Positions 12,342 through 27,172 of a DNA stretch of 64,000 nucleotides are shown here, one piece after another. The stretch comes from Eledone cirrhosa (taxonomy: Eukaryota): the NCBI GenBank assembly GCA_964016885.1, contig OZ024742.1:34968001-35032000 (forward strand), read 5' to 3'. Every line of letters begins with the position of its first letter. Within the stretch, counting starts at the first letter, position 1. The notes below the pieces were generated by a model that worked only from the letters and a program-made list of their open reading frames with translations, was not told the origin of the DNA and made no database searches. Position numbers and translations under genes: made by a program.

Positions 12342-14288
12342 ATGAACGCTGCGTTCATAACTAGAAGTGGTGGAGAGGCGGTAAGAGTGTTAAGCTCGCA
12401 GTCACCTCCTCTCACCACCTCATTGAAAGACATCGAAAATGTCGTCAGTTTTGAAAACACGATGTCGGACGTTGATTGTAACATCAACACTAACACAAAC
12501 ACCAATAACATGCAAAATATAAACAACACCAACCAGAACAACAACAACAACAACAACAATAATAACAACAAAAACAACAACAGCAACAATGATAACAACA
12601 ACACCACCACCAACAACAACAACAATGATAACAACAACAACACCAACAACAACACCACCAACAACAGCAACACGAACAACTCCACGAACAAGGAAAAGAT
12701 TTCTTTTGCTCAAACCGTCCAAAAGACGGAACTGTTCACATACCTTGACATTTCCAATGCTAGGGAAATGTTAAGCGATGCAAAACAGTACGTAACTTTT
12801 GGTGAGAGTGGTGCTTTCAGCATCACTTCTCCTCAACAGTTACGCAGAGAAACTGGTCTAAAAACAGTAATTTTTAGGACGGTTTCAAATGTGTCGAAAA
12901 AACCAGTTCAGTTATCCCAAAACGATATTGAACTGGTTCTGAAGAATTCCATGAAGGATATTGCCTTCATCCAAAAAGGGAAACTTTTTGGAAGCATTTC
13001 GGTGTTGTTGAAAAACCAATTGACAGCACAAAAATATTCTGTATCGCCGATTGTGTCCCCCCTTTACACCTTTTTCCCCACATGTATGGGAAAAAGAACT
13101 AAAAAAATAATTTTGAACATTGCACCAAATGTAAACGTCTGGTGGATTCTAACTGGCTTCATCGATTTCGACGAAAACACCATCATTTCGGTGGGAAAGT
13201 CCTCCAGAGGAACATTCAATGCTACAAGCATGGAAGTTCTGGTCCAAATGAGACCAGAACGGATAGCTAAAATACCCCAACGTGTGCCTCTGGATGGAAT
13301 TTCACACATAAACATTTCTGTTGAGGGTAGGCGGCCTTCATGTTACCACTGTTTAAGCAGTGGTCACCTGAAGGCTTACTGTCCTCAGTTAACTAAAAAA
13401 AAAAAAAAAAAAGAGGCACTACTGCCAACACCCAAAATAACAACACAACCACCACCACCACCACCACCACTACCACAACAACAACAACAACAACACGCAA
13501 ACACAACCAAAACAAGAACAACAAACCAACCTGCAAGCACAGTCCCACCCAACCCCACTCCACCTAAAACCACTGCAAAAACACCCACAAACACAACAGC
13601 TCCCCAAACCATACCCCTTCCAAATAACACAGACACCACAACGGACGCGGCCCCCACATCATCACCAAGTGATGATGAGGGAGAGCCTCTCCGTTCGAAA
13701 AGAAAGAAGAAAAGGCACCACAAGAACAACAAAAAAACAACAAACATCACTACAAACATACAACCACCAACACAAACAACACAAACATTACAAACAAAAA
13801 CCCCCCGTCCCGAAAACAAAACCACGACATCACTCCAAACACAAACACCTACAACAAAACGAAAGCTCCCACAAGAACAACAGACAAAAACCACCGCAGC
13901 ACAACAAGAACATTACACATACATAAACAGTAAAAACAAAACTTTAATGGAGGTCATCTCCAACGACCCTTAGGTGAAAACTGAAGGGAAAACTTTTTCG
14001 AACTGTGTAGACAAACCTAATTTAAAGATGATTAGGGTCCCTACGGACACCTATAAGTCTTTAAAGGAAAACTTTCCTAAGGACGTGGGTAATCATTGTG
14101 TTAAACCCATTAACCGCGTCCTTTTAAAAAGTTTCCCCACCCTCACCCCAGACACACCCACCCCAGACACCCCCACCGCACCAAACATCTCTGTCCCCAC
14201 CCCGCCGGAAACCACTACCGACCCAGACAACTCCTCTAACACCTCCATGGAAACCGTGCGGCCTGATCCCCGGGAGACGAAAAGGTGA
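12342..14288 (+). pseudogene. L1/Tx1 ORF1 (gag-like) with poly-Asn tract, CCHC knuckle and one in-frame TAG at 13971
   Basis: CYHCLSSGHLKAYC (CX2CX4HX4C); ORF 13974..14288 continues the same frame. Confidence 0.8.
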
Positions 14289-14325
14289 GTGTTTTCTTCT
14301 CCTCTTTTAACTTTTCAGAACCAAC

Positions 14326-17300
14326 ATGACCAATATAAGAGTTGGGTGTGTGAATTTACGCGGCCTGGGGATGCCCTGGAAACAGGGCAAACTCTTAAAC
14401 GACCTCAGGTCGCACAGTATGGATGTAGTAACCATTTGCGAGTCCAGGATCCACAGCGAGTGACAGCTGGCCCCCATCTTCGATGACTTTCAGATCTACG
14501 CATCTCTCTGTCAGCCGGGGGGTGGGGGCGAGGTTACCGTTTTGCTGCGGAAACACCTGGGCCTCGTAACACAGACGGTACATCTGGACCCGGAGGGTCG
14601 ACTGGTGGTCCTAGACGTTGACGGTAGTGAAGGTGGAGCCTTCAGGCTGGTGGCCGCATATGCCCCATCCGGGACACCGCGGCCAGACTTCTTCAAACGT
14701 CTAGAGACTTTTCTGGGAACGTCCACTCCTTGCTTTTAGTAGGGGACTGGAATGGAATCCTAGATGCACGTTGGGACTATGTGGGAGAATGTCCCGATAA
14801 AGGGAGTGTAACATCCTCAAACAATTAATCGGCCGATTTGACCTGGCCGATAGATATCGACTAGATTTTCCGACTGTGCCACTATGGACGTGGACTAATC
14901 ATAGCGGAACATCTAGATCGTACCTAGATAGGGTTCTAGTTAGAAATAAGGATAGGGACATGTTAAGCTGTCCAAAAATGTTCATGGTTGCCTATTCAGA
15001 TCACAAACTAGTAACCTGCATGGTCAACCTTGATAGAACCCATAGACAGGGACCCGGCTACTGGAAGCTGTACTTGTCGTTACCAACATGCAAAGCCTAC
15101 AGTAGACGGATTAACACTTTAGTTAAACAGCACTTGACAGGGGCCATTGTCAACAACAGATGGTGGTACTCTCTCAAGAGGGCAGTTAGATTAGACTCGT
15201 TAGTTTTTAGTAAAGAATTAGCGTTAGATAGAAATAGAACCGAGAAAGAAATGGTAGATAAAGTAGAAGAGGCAATTAGAAGTGACAACGTAGCCAGCGT
15301 GCTAGCAACGAGAACGGCCTTGGACTAGTTCTTCGACGCAAAGCATGAGGGCTGCGTTGTCAGAAGCAAAATACGTGCTCTGGGAAACGGGGGAGCCAAG
15401 GCTGTTAGCTGGGCTCGAGTGACGGAGGCAAAAAGTGGCAACAAGTCCACGATTCGGTCTTTTAAGGACCAAAACGGACGCGTGATACGTGAGTCGAAGC
15501 AGATGTGTGCGGCCATTCAGCGGCACTTTGCTCAGCTGTTCGGGCAGGGCGGCGCGCCGGGAGGGGCTATGGATTTCGGTCCATACCTCGACGGCCTACC
15601 GCGACTCTCGGACAGCGAGGCAAAGTTCTGCGAAAAGCCGATTTCAGCCGCTGAGATAGGGGACGCGTTGAGCCAATGTGGCAAACGCAAATCTACAGGT
15701 CTTGACGGTCTACCCTACAAATTTTACGTAGCAATGCCGGACTTATTCTCCGGTCTCCTGGGAGCGGTCTAATGCAACTGGCAACAGAACGGGAGAATTC
15801 CCAGTTCTGTGACCGGGGGCGTAGTCACACTAGTCAGGAAGGACAAGAATAAGGGGGATGACATAGGCAACTTCCGGCCCATAACTCTGCTAAACACAGA
15901 GTTACAGATTTTGGCCAAGGTGTTGGCAAAGAGGCTGGCGCTTGTCGTCGAGAACCTGGTGGGAGAAGCGCAGACATGTGCAATCCCGACCAGGTCCATA
16001 CACGACAACCTCCACCTCATGCGATACTTCATAGAGAGGGTAGGGTGTAAACCTGGCTTCGGTGGGGCCCTGATCAACTTGGATCAATCTAAGGCTTTCG
16101 ATAGGGTTGACCATCGTTACCTGGATGCAGTGCTCGAGGCGGTAGGCTTCGGACCCGTGTTCAGGGGCTGGATTGCTGCAATGCATAACAGCAACATCTG
16201 CTCAAGGGTTAAGGTGAACGGCTACCTCTCGGAGCCGTTCATTATCACGCGATCCAGTCGACAGGGATGCCCTCTTTCCTCCCTTCTGTACGTATTGACT
16301 CTCGAGCCACTACTTCGGAAGTTGGAGCTATTGCAGGGCATCCCTCTGGAACCGGGACTGCGGAAAGCGGCGTCGGCCTACGCCGACGACGTCACAGCAA
16401 ATCGAGGAAGTCGGCACCTTACTGAAGGAATACGAAAGGTTCACAGGAGCGAAGCTGAACCGGGACAAGTCCATCAGCTTGCAACTCGGATTGTGGAGAG
16501 GCAAACCGATGGCGTCGTCGGACGCTGGACGGAAGGACCAGTAAAGCTGCTCGGGGTCTGGTTTGGTCCGGACTTCCAGGTGGAGAAGAACTGGAACGAG
16601 GTGTCGGCCAAGGTGTTTGCACTCACCCAGAAGTGGGCCGAGTGCAAACTATCCTTGAAAGGTCGAGCAGAGGTGGCGAACACTTTTATAGCGTCCGCCA
16701 TCTACTACCGCTTGACCGTCGTGCCTTGTCCAGCCAAGACGCTCGCCAAAATGGAGCGCGCGCTCATCCAATTCCTTTGGAAGAGGCGGGCTCCTTTGGT
16801 GAGAAGATCCATCTGCTGCCAACACCCTTCCAACGGAAGGCTGGGGTTGCCGTGGCTGACGATGCGCAAACACGCGCTCATGCTGCGGCATCTCTACGTA
16901 TTCCTCACCGGACAACAGGTGTGGGCCCCGTTCGTGAGGCGAGCCTTCCCACGACTCGTCTGGCTGACCGAGCTGCAGTCCTGGGTCAAGCAAAGACCGA
17001 GGAAAATGAGGGACTGGCACATCGATTGTGCTCAGGCGCTCACTGCCCTCTGGCAGGCGGACCCGGCGATCAGTGGAGACTCCACTTCGTCATTCTATAG
17101 AGGGTTGATCCGCAGCAAGTGCGACGACGTGCTCGGTGAAACTATGGGCGTAGAGGAAGACGAACTGGCCAGTCTGTTCGGTAGGACCTTCCGCCCGGGA
17201 CCGATGGACAACTTCCAAAAGTCCCTGGCCTGGCAGTGCTACCGAGGAGTTCTACCAGTTCGAGACAAGCTCTACAGACATGGGCGCCCGAGCAGGGACC

Positions 17301-17731
17301 CTGCAAAAAAGATCTGTCCGAGGTGCGTGCGAGACGAAGAAACCGTCGCGCACGCATTCATACACTGCCCGGGCGTCACCGACCTGTGGGGCTATGTAGA
17401 ACGACTATTGTCGCGGGTGGGACCAATCCGGTTGACCACCGAGTCCATTGTCATGATCAAACCCCCACCCTCCTTCAAAAACGAAGGAGAGGCGGTTTTC
17501 CTTTGTGTGATAGCTATGGCGAAAGAGGTTATATGATGGACGAGGTTAAAAGGGCTGAGGTCAGACACCTTTCTCTCCGGCCAACAACTGATTCTTTTTT
17601 TCAGATACCACTTTGGAAGAAGAATCAGGATGGAGAGAGAGGTGCTGTACCCCAGCAAGTTTTATGAAAGGTGGGTGAAAGTGGCGAGAATGGTCCGAGT
17701 GAATGGGCCTTCTCTCTATATAAGCCTGTAG
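14326..17731 (+). pseudogene. L1/Tx1 ORF2 (AP endonuclease, reverse transcriptase, zf-RVT), broken by stops and frameshifts
   Basis: MTNIRVGCVNLRGL start; SYLDRV and YSDHKLV (APE); NFRPITLLN, LDQSKAFDRVDH, RQGCPLS, AYADDV (RT); CPRC..ETVAHAFIHC. Confidence 0.9.
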
Positions 17732-18026
17732 GTTGAGGAAAAAGAGGAGGAGAGGAAAGGAGTACAAAATCTTCGTACTCCTGGAGATGAGGGTTGCACA
17801 ATTTTTTTTCGGGGGTATGTGTTACCCATATGAAATGTCTCCCCCTATTGGGGAAAATCGATTAATTTTTAATTTTCATTTGTGATAGTATTTTACACGT
17901 TTTTATTGTATGTAAACTTCCTCCTTTGTATTTGTCCCCTTCTTTTGTGCCCCTGTGGCTAATAAAGAAACATATCTATCTTTCAATCAATCTATCTATT
18001 TATCGATCGATCGATCTATCTATCTT

Positions 18027-18064
<38 letters not shown>

Positions 18065-18689
18065 CTTCTCTCTCTATATATATATATGTGTGTGCGTGTG
18101 TGTGTGTGTGTTTATCTGTGTTTATGTGTGTGTGTGTTTATGTCTGTATGTGTGTGCGTGTGTGTGTGTGTGCGTGTGTATGTGTGCGTACATAGATATT
18201 TGTACATGTATGAAGGCTCTTGTGCTTGTGTGTGCATGCACACTTATGCTTGCTTGCACACACATGTAGTATGTGTGATACTGTATCCACTCATCAATCC
18301 ATCTACTCATTTATTTACTCTCTAAATGTTATGTCCTTTTACCCCATTGCTTTCATTAAATTATTACCTCATTTATTTATTCGTGCATTTCTACATAAAA
18401 CCTTTTATAACTCCCAAACCCTCCCATATTATTCACTTAATTATCTATTTTTAAACCCCTAAATTTTACTTTATTTTATTTTGTTTTATCCTATTCACCC
18501 ATCTACATACTAATTGTTTTAACTTGAAATTTTAATGAGGCGTTCTCTTATATATGACTAGAAGGCCTATGAACATAGATCTGTCTACTCAATACAGGAT
18601 AACCTAGGGCTAAACAACAAGGACAGCTTGGACAAGTTAATTGAGAGATAGTGTCCATCTCTCGCTCGTGTATACATATATATACACCA

Positions 18690-18930
18690 GGTCTGAAGTC
18701 AAAAGAATCAACCTCCCACTGTCACTGTGGGGGTTCACATGCTGGTCGTCCTGCGGTCCCGGCAGACAGAGTAGAGAAGACGTTTCGCCGGAGGATGGTG
18801 AAGGAGAGGTGCTGGAAGAGCCATTCCAGCTCGCGAAGCTCACACCTGCAGGAAGCCAACTCTCTACCGATGGTGGTGAGCAAGGAGGTGGCCCTAGAGC
18901 CAAGGACACCAGATACTCATTTACTTACTC
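18690..18930 (-). mobile_element. CRE-like (RLE) retrotransposon 3' fragment
   Basis: Minus-strand WLFQHLSFTILRRNVFS; similar to 36050-36220. Confidence 0.6.
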
Positions 18931-19138
18931 CCATGCTCGGGCTTCTATATAACTCAGTTGACATTTCCTTAAAAATACTCCTTTAACTTCTAATCCCTGT
19001 ATTACTCCTCACCTCCTCCACCCCTGTTCCTAGTCACCTATTTTTACACACACTTCGAAAATTCCTACACCCTTAATATAAATAGGCTTGCTGAACACAC
19101 GAACCGAAACCGCTTCAGGCCTGCGATCGGGATTTTAC

Positions 19139-19201
<63 letters not shown>

Positions 19202-19210
19202 AAAAAGTAT

Positions 19211-19298
19211 GACCCGACGGCAGAGCTCAAGCCGTTTCGACGGCTATTTCAGTCCAGAAATAGCTGTCAAAATGGCTTGAGTTCTGCCGTCGGGGTCC
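19211..19298. repeat. ~88-bp imperfect hairpin next to (TA)n
   Basis: gacccgacggcagagctcaagccg...atttc / gaaat...tggcttgagttctgccgtcggggtc. Confidence 0.8.
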
Positions 19299-19604
19299 TG
19301 ACTCTTTTCCTATTACCCACTCTACTACCCTAAGTATTGAGTACTCTGGTCCGTTATGGTCCATCTGGTTCCTTACCACAATTCCTACGATATATATATA
19401 TATGCTGAAACCGGTACTAGACAATTATTAAATATATAAATAGATAAATAAATGCTATTGTTAAATAATAAATAAATCAACTAACACTTCACACAAAGTA
19501 AAACATTTCGTTTTAATCATTTTCAAACCCAGAAAAAAGAGAGAGAGAAACAAAAAAGGAAAAAAATATACTTTTCTTCCTAATAATCGTCTCTTTCTCC
19601 CTGT

Positions 19605-19686
<82 letters not shown>

Positions 19687-19904
19687 AATCGAAAATGCAA
19701 CTGGAGTCTTATTTTTTTTTAAATATATATATTTTTATTGTATATATATTTATATATATAAATATATATATATATTTTTTTTTTTAAATAAACTCGTTGC
19801 ATTTTCGATTTCATCTTTTTTTCTTTATACTTTCACTCGAGTAGGACACCTCGGTTATTTTTCATTTTGTAAAAAAAAACTCACTTTCTAATATATATAT
19901 ATAT

Positions 19905-20907
<1,003 letters not shown>

Positions 20908-20958
20908 ATTAAATTAAATATGTAAAATTTGACGTCGTTTATTATAAATTATAGATAT

Positions 20959-21013
20959 ACTGCTATATATATTTCGGTGACAGCCATCATTGGCTGTGAC
21001 CTCTTCAGGCAGT
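20959..21013 (-). ncRNA. Intact type I hammerhead ribozyme (mirror copy 25818-25872 has GAAA>GTAA)
   Basis: actgc-CTGAAGA-ggtcacagcca atga tggctgtcacc-GAAA-tatata-TA-gcagt. Confidence 0.8.
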
Positions 21014-21735
21014 CCGAATTGGTGTGGGAAAGACAGGTACACATGTTGTTGAAGTGTGTTTTACTCCGTCAATACATCGATATGTCCAGCTCCTGGGCGT
21101 GTTGTTAGTCTTCCGAGGAACTGGAATCATATGTGTTAGAACAAACGAATTTTGGTGTCATAGGACACACTCGCATCTCATTGGTCATTTGGAGAACATT
21201 CCTCAGTCAAAAGTCTATAGAAATTTTTTCTGAGGCAACACAATCTGTTGTAGTTGGTTTTGTCCAGGTGTTTAAGTACAGCTGACCTCCTCCAGTGTGT
21301 TGGTAGTGGTAGTGGTGTTAAGGGGTCAGCTGGTAGGTCAGCTTTAGTGTGCTGCTGCTATGTTCTGAAGAATTTGTGTGTGTAGGTTGGTATCTATCTT
21401 GCCACCATTTCACTTGGTGGGGGGTTCCAAACAAATAAAAAATGCGTGTGTTACAACCAGCATCAACATTTGAAAGATTTGAAAAATATTAACTGTAGTA
21501 GAAAACCTGTGTCAGAATCGAGAAGTGTAAAGAATTACAATTCTTATACTATCATCGAGTGGTGCATTTTAAGAGCAAATGAGATAAAAGTGGAGTGTAA
21601 AACATCAAAAACCTGAGTGTCAAAATCCGGAAATGCAAAGGACTACAGTTCCTATTTCCGCATAAAGTACATATACGTGTATGTCAACGCCCATCCTTGC
21701 AAGCACACGCGCACAAACACAGGCTCAGATGCATT

Positions 21736-21838
<103 letters not shown>

Positions 21839-21895
21839 CACACACATATACATACATATATACACACACACACATATATATACATATATATATAC

Positions 21896-22013
<118 letters not shown>

Positions 22014-22163
22014 ACAATAAATTGTTAAAGGTAATCCGATAAGAGTCTGCGAAAACAACTTCTCATGGACAGTTTAAGCACACGGTAATGTGTGACTCAA
22101 CAAGATGTTTACTTTGGTGACAATTGTGCTTGTATTCCTATGTAAATATATCTTGGAGTAATA

Positions 22164-23979
22164 AAAAGTTAAGAATAACATGGTTGACAAAACAAACAAG
22201 GAAATTTATTTATAGTTAATACAATTGATTCCATGGTAGAATTGTCTATAAATTGCTAAGTACTGGAGAAGTATAAACCAACTTACAATACATTTAAATT
22301 CAACCATTTACTCAGAGACCATTAAGAAATATAAAATATATGCGTAATGGTAAACTTAAAAATTCAAACTGCTACATCAATACTATTGTTAATGATAAAT
22401 AAATAAAGGAAGGGAGACAGATGGAAATGAGGGAGAAAGACAGAAAGAAGGAGCTAAGATATAGATAAAGTATAAACGGCAATTTTACGAAATCAACCTA
22501 TCGTATTAAAATACATATGATATTGATAATAATAAAGATATGTGTAGAGAAGGAGAGAGGGAGGGGAATATATCATAGGCGAAGAGGAAGGATAAGTAAG
22601 GAAGATGAGAAAGAGATAGAGGAAGATTGAGAGGGATGATGGAGTAGAGGGGATAGAAATTAATCAAGAATATGGGGAAGTGTAAGAAGAGAGAAGAGAT
22701 AATATAGAAGAGAAAATTAATATACGGATATGAAGAATAGAGAGAAGAAAATAAACACACGGACGATGTAAAATAGCTAGTTTGAGTTGCAGTTTCAAAA
22801 AACGGTGGTATGTGCACAGACATTCTATGATTAATAAGAACCAATCAAATACAACAACTCTCGCGAATAAAATATGGCAACTCAAGAATGCAGGCACTAA
22901 ATACGAGATCAGCTGGAAAATACTAACATCTGCTAAAGCCTACTAAACTGGTATGTCCCATTGTAGGCTCTGTAATATGGAGCTCTTCCAAATTTTTAAT
23001 TTTAGTAAAACCCTTCTTAACAGTAGAATTGAGCGAACTATTTTTTGCCCGCATAGATCAGCATCTAAGTTCCTGAACTTTAGACCAACTTAACTCCATT
23101 TTCTTCTCCTTATTCCTTTTTACACTTCTAGAACTTATTACCATATCAAATTACCACAAACTTCACAACTATGTATGAATAACCTAAAAACATTTGTATT
23201 AACATCATTATTTTTATTTTTATTTTTTATTTATATTTACATCATTTATTACCTTATATATATACATCTTTCACCATGTGTCTTTATATCTCTACACTTA
23301 AACATATCTTATCTCGATCATTTTATCTTATAATATAATACATCTCAAACTAGCTATTTTACATAGTAATGTATACTCGTCCGTGTGTTTATTTTCTTCT
23401 CTCTATTCTTCATATCCGTATATTAATTTTCTCTTCTATATTGTCTTTTCTCTCTTCTTACACTTCCCCATATTCTTGATTAATTTCTATTCCCTCTACT
23501 CCCTCATCCCTCTCAATCTTCCTCTATCTCTTTCTCATCTTCCTTACTTATCCTTCCTCTTCGCCTATGATATATTCCCCTCCCTCTCTCCTTCTCTACA
23601 CATATCTTTATTATTATCAATATCATATGTATTTTAATACGATAGGTTGATTTCGTAAAATTGCCGGTTATACTTTTAACTATATCTTAGCTCCTTCTTT
23701 CTGTCTTTCTCTCTCATTTCCATCTGTCTCCCTTCCTTTATTTATTTATCATTAACAATAGTATAGATGTAGTAGTTTGAATTTTTAAGTTTACCGTTAC
23801 GCATATATTTTATATTTCTTAATGGTCTCTGAGGAAATGGTTGAATTCAAATGTATTGTAAGTTGATTTATACTTCTCCAGTACTTAGCAATTTATAGAC
23901 AATTCTACCATGGAAACAATTGTAAGACTATAAATAAATTTCCTTGTTTGTTTTGTCAACCATGTTATTCTTAACTTTT
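22164..23979 (+). mobile_element. Penelope-like remnant: inverted arms 22164-22786 / 23344-23979 around a GIY-YIG C-terminal fragment (~22794-23093)
   Basis: FKKRWYVHRHS...TLANKIWQLK...ISWKIL...CRLCNME...LLNSRIE..FCPH, with one internal stop. Confidence 0.85.
23824..23929 (+). ncRNA. Type I hammerhead ribozyme with extended stem II
   Basis: ggtct-CTGAGGA-aatggttgaatt..~53 nt..aattctaccatg-GAAA-caattg-TA-agact. Confidence 0.7.
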
Positions 23980-23990
23980 ATATATATATT

Positions 23991-24033
<43 letters not shown>

Positions 24034-24041
<8 letters not shown>

Positions 24042-24187
24042 ATACTTTGGGAGGGTCATGTTGCCAATAAGAAACACACGCACGTGCGTGTGTTTCTTAT
24101 TGGCAACATGACCCTCCCAAAGTATAACAATATCGGTTTCAACACACGATTTCAGATAAAGAATCTTGCTAAACAAATTCAGAAACG

Positions 24188-24190
<3 letters not shown>
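24034..24190. repeat. 100-bp perfect zero-spacer palindrome (24034-24133) with one-sided extension; family also at 57195-57344 and, diverged, ~690-790
   Basis: Centre gaaacacacgcac|gtgcgtgtgtttc. Confidence 0.9.
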
Positions 24191-24226
<36 letters not shown>

Positions 24227-24227
<1 letters not shown>

Positions 24228-24419
24228 TATTCCGGGTTGAATTGGAGATAACCACAGTAAGTAAGGTTCTCAATACATTGCAAAGTAGAAAAGTTTTAAT
24301 ATAGATGAGATTCTACAGGACTAGAACTGTTTCATTCTTTAGAAATCATTAGGAATCTCTGATGATTTCTAAAGAATGAAACAGTTCTAGTCCTGTAGAA
24401 TCTCATCTATATTAAAACT
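24227..24419. mobile_element. PLE pseudo-LTR hairpin (arms 24292-24352 / 24359-24419) built from a hammerhead; same family as 33296-33755
   Basis: ctgatgatttctaaagaatgaaacagttctagtcctgtagaatctc on + and its reverse complement with one core mismatch. Confidence 0.8.
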
Positions 24420-26020
24420 ATATATATATATATTGTTATACTTTTATATTTTTCAAATATATATGTAAGTATCTATGTATGTATAATTTTAAACAACAGT
24501 ATCTATGTATGGACATATGTATAAGTATGTGTTGCTATAGGAGTCGATTGATGCGGGAGTAGGAGTGGTGAGTGCGTAGGGGTGGTTTACCTTGGGCTCG
24601 GTGTGGCGGAGCTACTGTCCCGATAGCTTAGGGAAGTTTCCATCCCAATGTGTTGTTATTGCCCATATAGCTTGAGGAAGGTCCCGGCCCTGAGGTGTCT
24701 ACATGTACTGAAGAAGTCGGTCCTGAGGTTTATTAGGCTGCTTCCACCGCTGAGTATCTCAAGGGTGTCGCTCAGACATAGTTTGCAGATGCCGGTTCCC
24801 CCTCTATCAGGTGGTACTTTCCTGATTTGGGACCAGGCCAGAGTGTACGGGGTCCTGTCCAGCTTGAGCTTCTAGATCAGTTCGGAAAGAGCCGTACTTT
24901 TCCTTTCGTCCTCCCTATTAAAGGAATGGCGATAGTTATACCATCTGTCTTTGAAGCTCCTATGTAAAGGTGCACAGAGTTGTCGGTCTTTACTCTACAT
25001 CCGTATATTAAGTTCTTCCTGAGGCATTCATTACTAAGGGGGCATAATGTGGGGTTCTGCAGTTGCAGGAGGTGGTCGACCCCCGAATTCCTAGTAGGGG
25101 TTCCCGTTGCGTATTATAGGGTGGTCTTCTCCTGCGCCTGGTGGGGGCTCCCTGGGTCTGTTTGGGTTCCCAGGGTAGGTACCGAGTCCACCCTTCCTTC
25201 CCTCCACATGGCTCTGCTGGGTGCTTATATTCCCAGCTTCTGGCTCTGTCTAGTTTCTAAGTCTACTCCTATTGATGCTAGCTATGTGCTGGACTACGTT
25301 GCGTGTGGTAGAATATGAGAGCTTCACATGGTGTCTATTAAAGATCTTGTGGTATCTGTGGTCCCTCGGGAAGCATTTATCTAGTGCTCTAAAGAATGAC
25401 CGAGCCAGGCTGTTCTTTAGGGCCGCTTAGTAGGGAGGGTTGTACCACGTGATTTTTCTACGTCTATTCCTATGTGAGTTGGTTGAGCGTGCTGTGGGCT
25501 GTTGGGGAGTTGTTGGGTTGTTAGTGGTTCCCGCATTGTTGCTTCCCCTTTGGACGCTATGTGTTTTGCTAGCTTTCCGGCACGTACCTGCGGGGTGGTT
25601 GTTGCCCACGCTGAGAGTTCTACAATGGGATGATCCTCCATCCGTCTCGCTTCGTGTCTTGCGGTTGGGGGCTTCAGGCTCGGGATGGTTAGTATCACCC
25701 CTGAGGCCTCTCCGCGTACTGGGTTTCCTCGCATGGCTAGGCGTACGCGTCATTTTCGCTGATGTGGTGGTATCGGGTTCATGGGGTTTAGTGGTTTCCA
25801 CTCTGGTTTTCATTCGGACTGCCTGAAGAGGTCACAGCCAATGATGGCTGTCACCGTAATATATATAGCAATATATCAATAATTTATAACAAACGAAGTC
25901 AAATTTTACATATGTGACTTAATTATTTTACATTACTCCGGAGTAAACAAATCAACCTGCGTACTTCGTCGAGAGCTCCAATCTGCATACTGAGGTGTGG
26001 GTAAACAACCAACATATACT

Positions 26021-26111
<91 letters not shown>

Positions 26112-27172
26112 TTAAAACAATGAAATAAAAAATCAAGTCATTAGAGATATACTTCACTGCTTTACGATCGTTTCTAGATGGTGATAATACATTGTATCTA
26201 TACTCAGTTATTGATCTATGTAAGCTTACAAACTACCAGAGAGAGAGAATAGTTACTTACATGCATATCACCAGCTGTTTTCAAAAGCAATAATATTTTT
26301 ATTCAATAATAATTTTACTCAGAATTAGCAGCATGTTAGTATCATGTCCTTATTTGGAGGTTGTTGAAGAACTAACGAATCAAATTGTTTTTTTCATATG
26401 GTGTTAAGATGAAAAGTAATACACTTTAGTTGAGGTCATGACCCTTTGAAAGGAATGGTTGAAGGGTGTTAGTAGAGTTGGCATAAAAATCTATTAGGAA
26501 GGAAGGGGATTGTAAAACTGATAGTTGAATGTATCTGGTATAGTGAATTTAAAAGGAATGTCAAAATAAATGGTGATTAGTGTTGTACTGAGATTTAAGA
26601 TGAATATATATTAATGTTATGGCTAGGAAAGATAGTATATTAAGAGATGAAAATTATAATAAGATAATGAGATATAGTAATGTGTAATATACAACTTAAC
26701 CAACACAATATAGTACGGTGTGGTAAATTGTACTTATTATAATATAGCATATTATACGCTCTAAAATATTACTAAGTATGTTTATGCATAAACAATCAAA
26801 CTCAGATAAATACGTTGGCATAATTAAAACACATAAATTTCATAGTCTACAAAATGCATATATCCACACTATATATATAGAGAGGTACAGTTATATTGAT
26901 ATCTAACCAAAATTATACATACGTACAAATAGATGCAAACCTAAATACACATCCACACGCATGCATATAATCATATATATACATATCCATACATATCTAT
27001 ATCCACACATACACAACTGTACCCCATATATCCATATACATATACACATACATATATATATATATACTTCTTTAGAACTGCTGGACTGGCAACCCGACAG
27101 ACCTCAGGCACAGATGATGATTATCGCTAAATACTGATGTTGGTTAGATTATCAATATTAGTATTATTGGGG

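Larger units (their letters stand above)
12313..17970 (+). mobile_element. Near full-length L1/Tx1-clade LINE, inactivated
   Basis: ORF1 with zinc knuckle, ORF2 with APE-RT-zf-RVT, 3' end ggctaataaagaaa, tatctatct on both flanks. Confidence 0.9.

Noticed and set aside
13971-13973. Possible programmed readthrough of TAG in L1 ORF1
   Set aside because: This copy carries many other disabling mutations, so a random nonsense change is simpler
22948-22950. Selenocysteine-type recoding in PLE fragments
   Set aside because: The in-frame stops I saw in the EN fragments are TAA/TAG at non-Cys positions, and conserved Cys codons are normal
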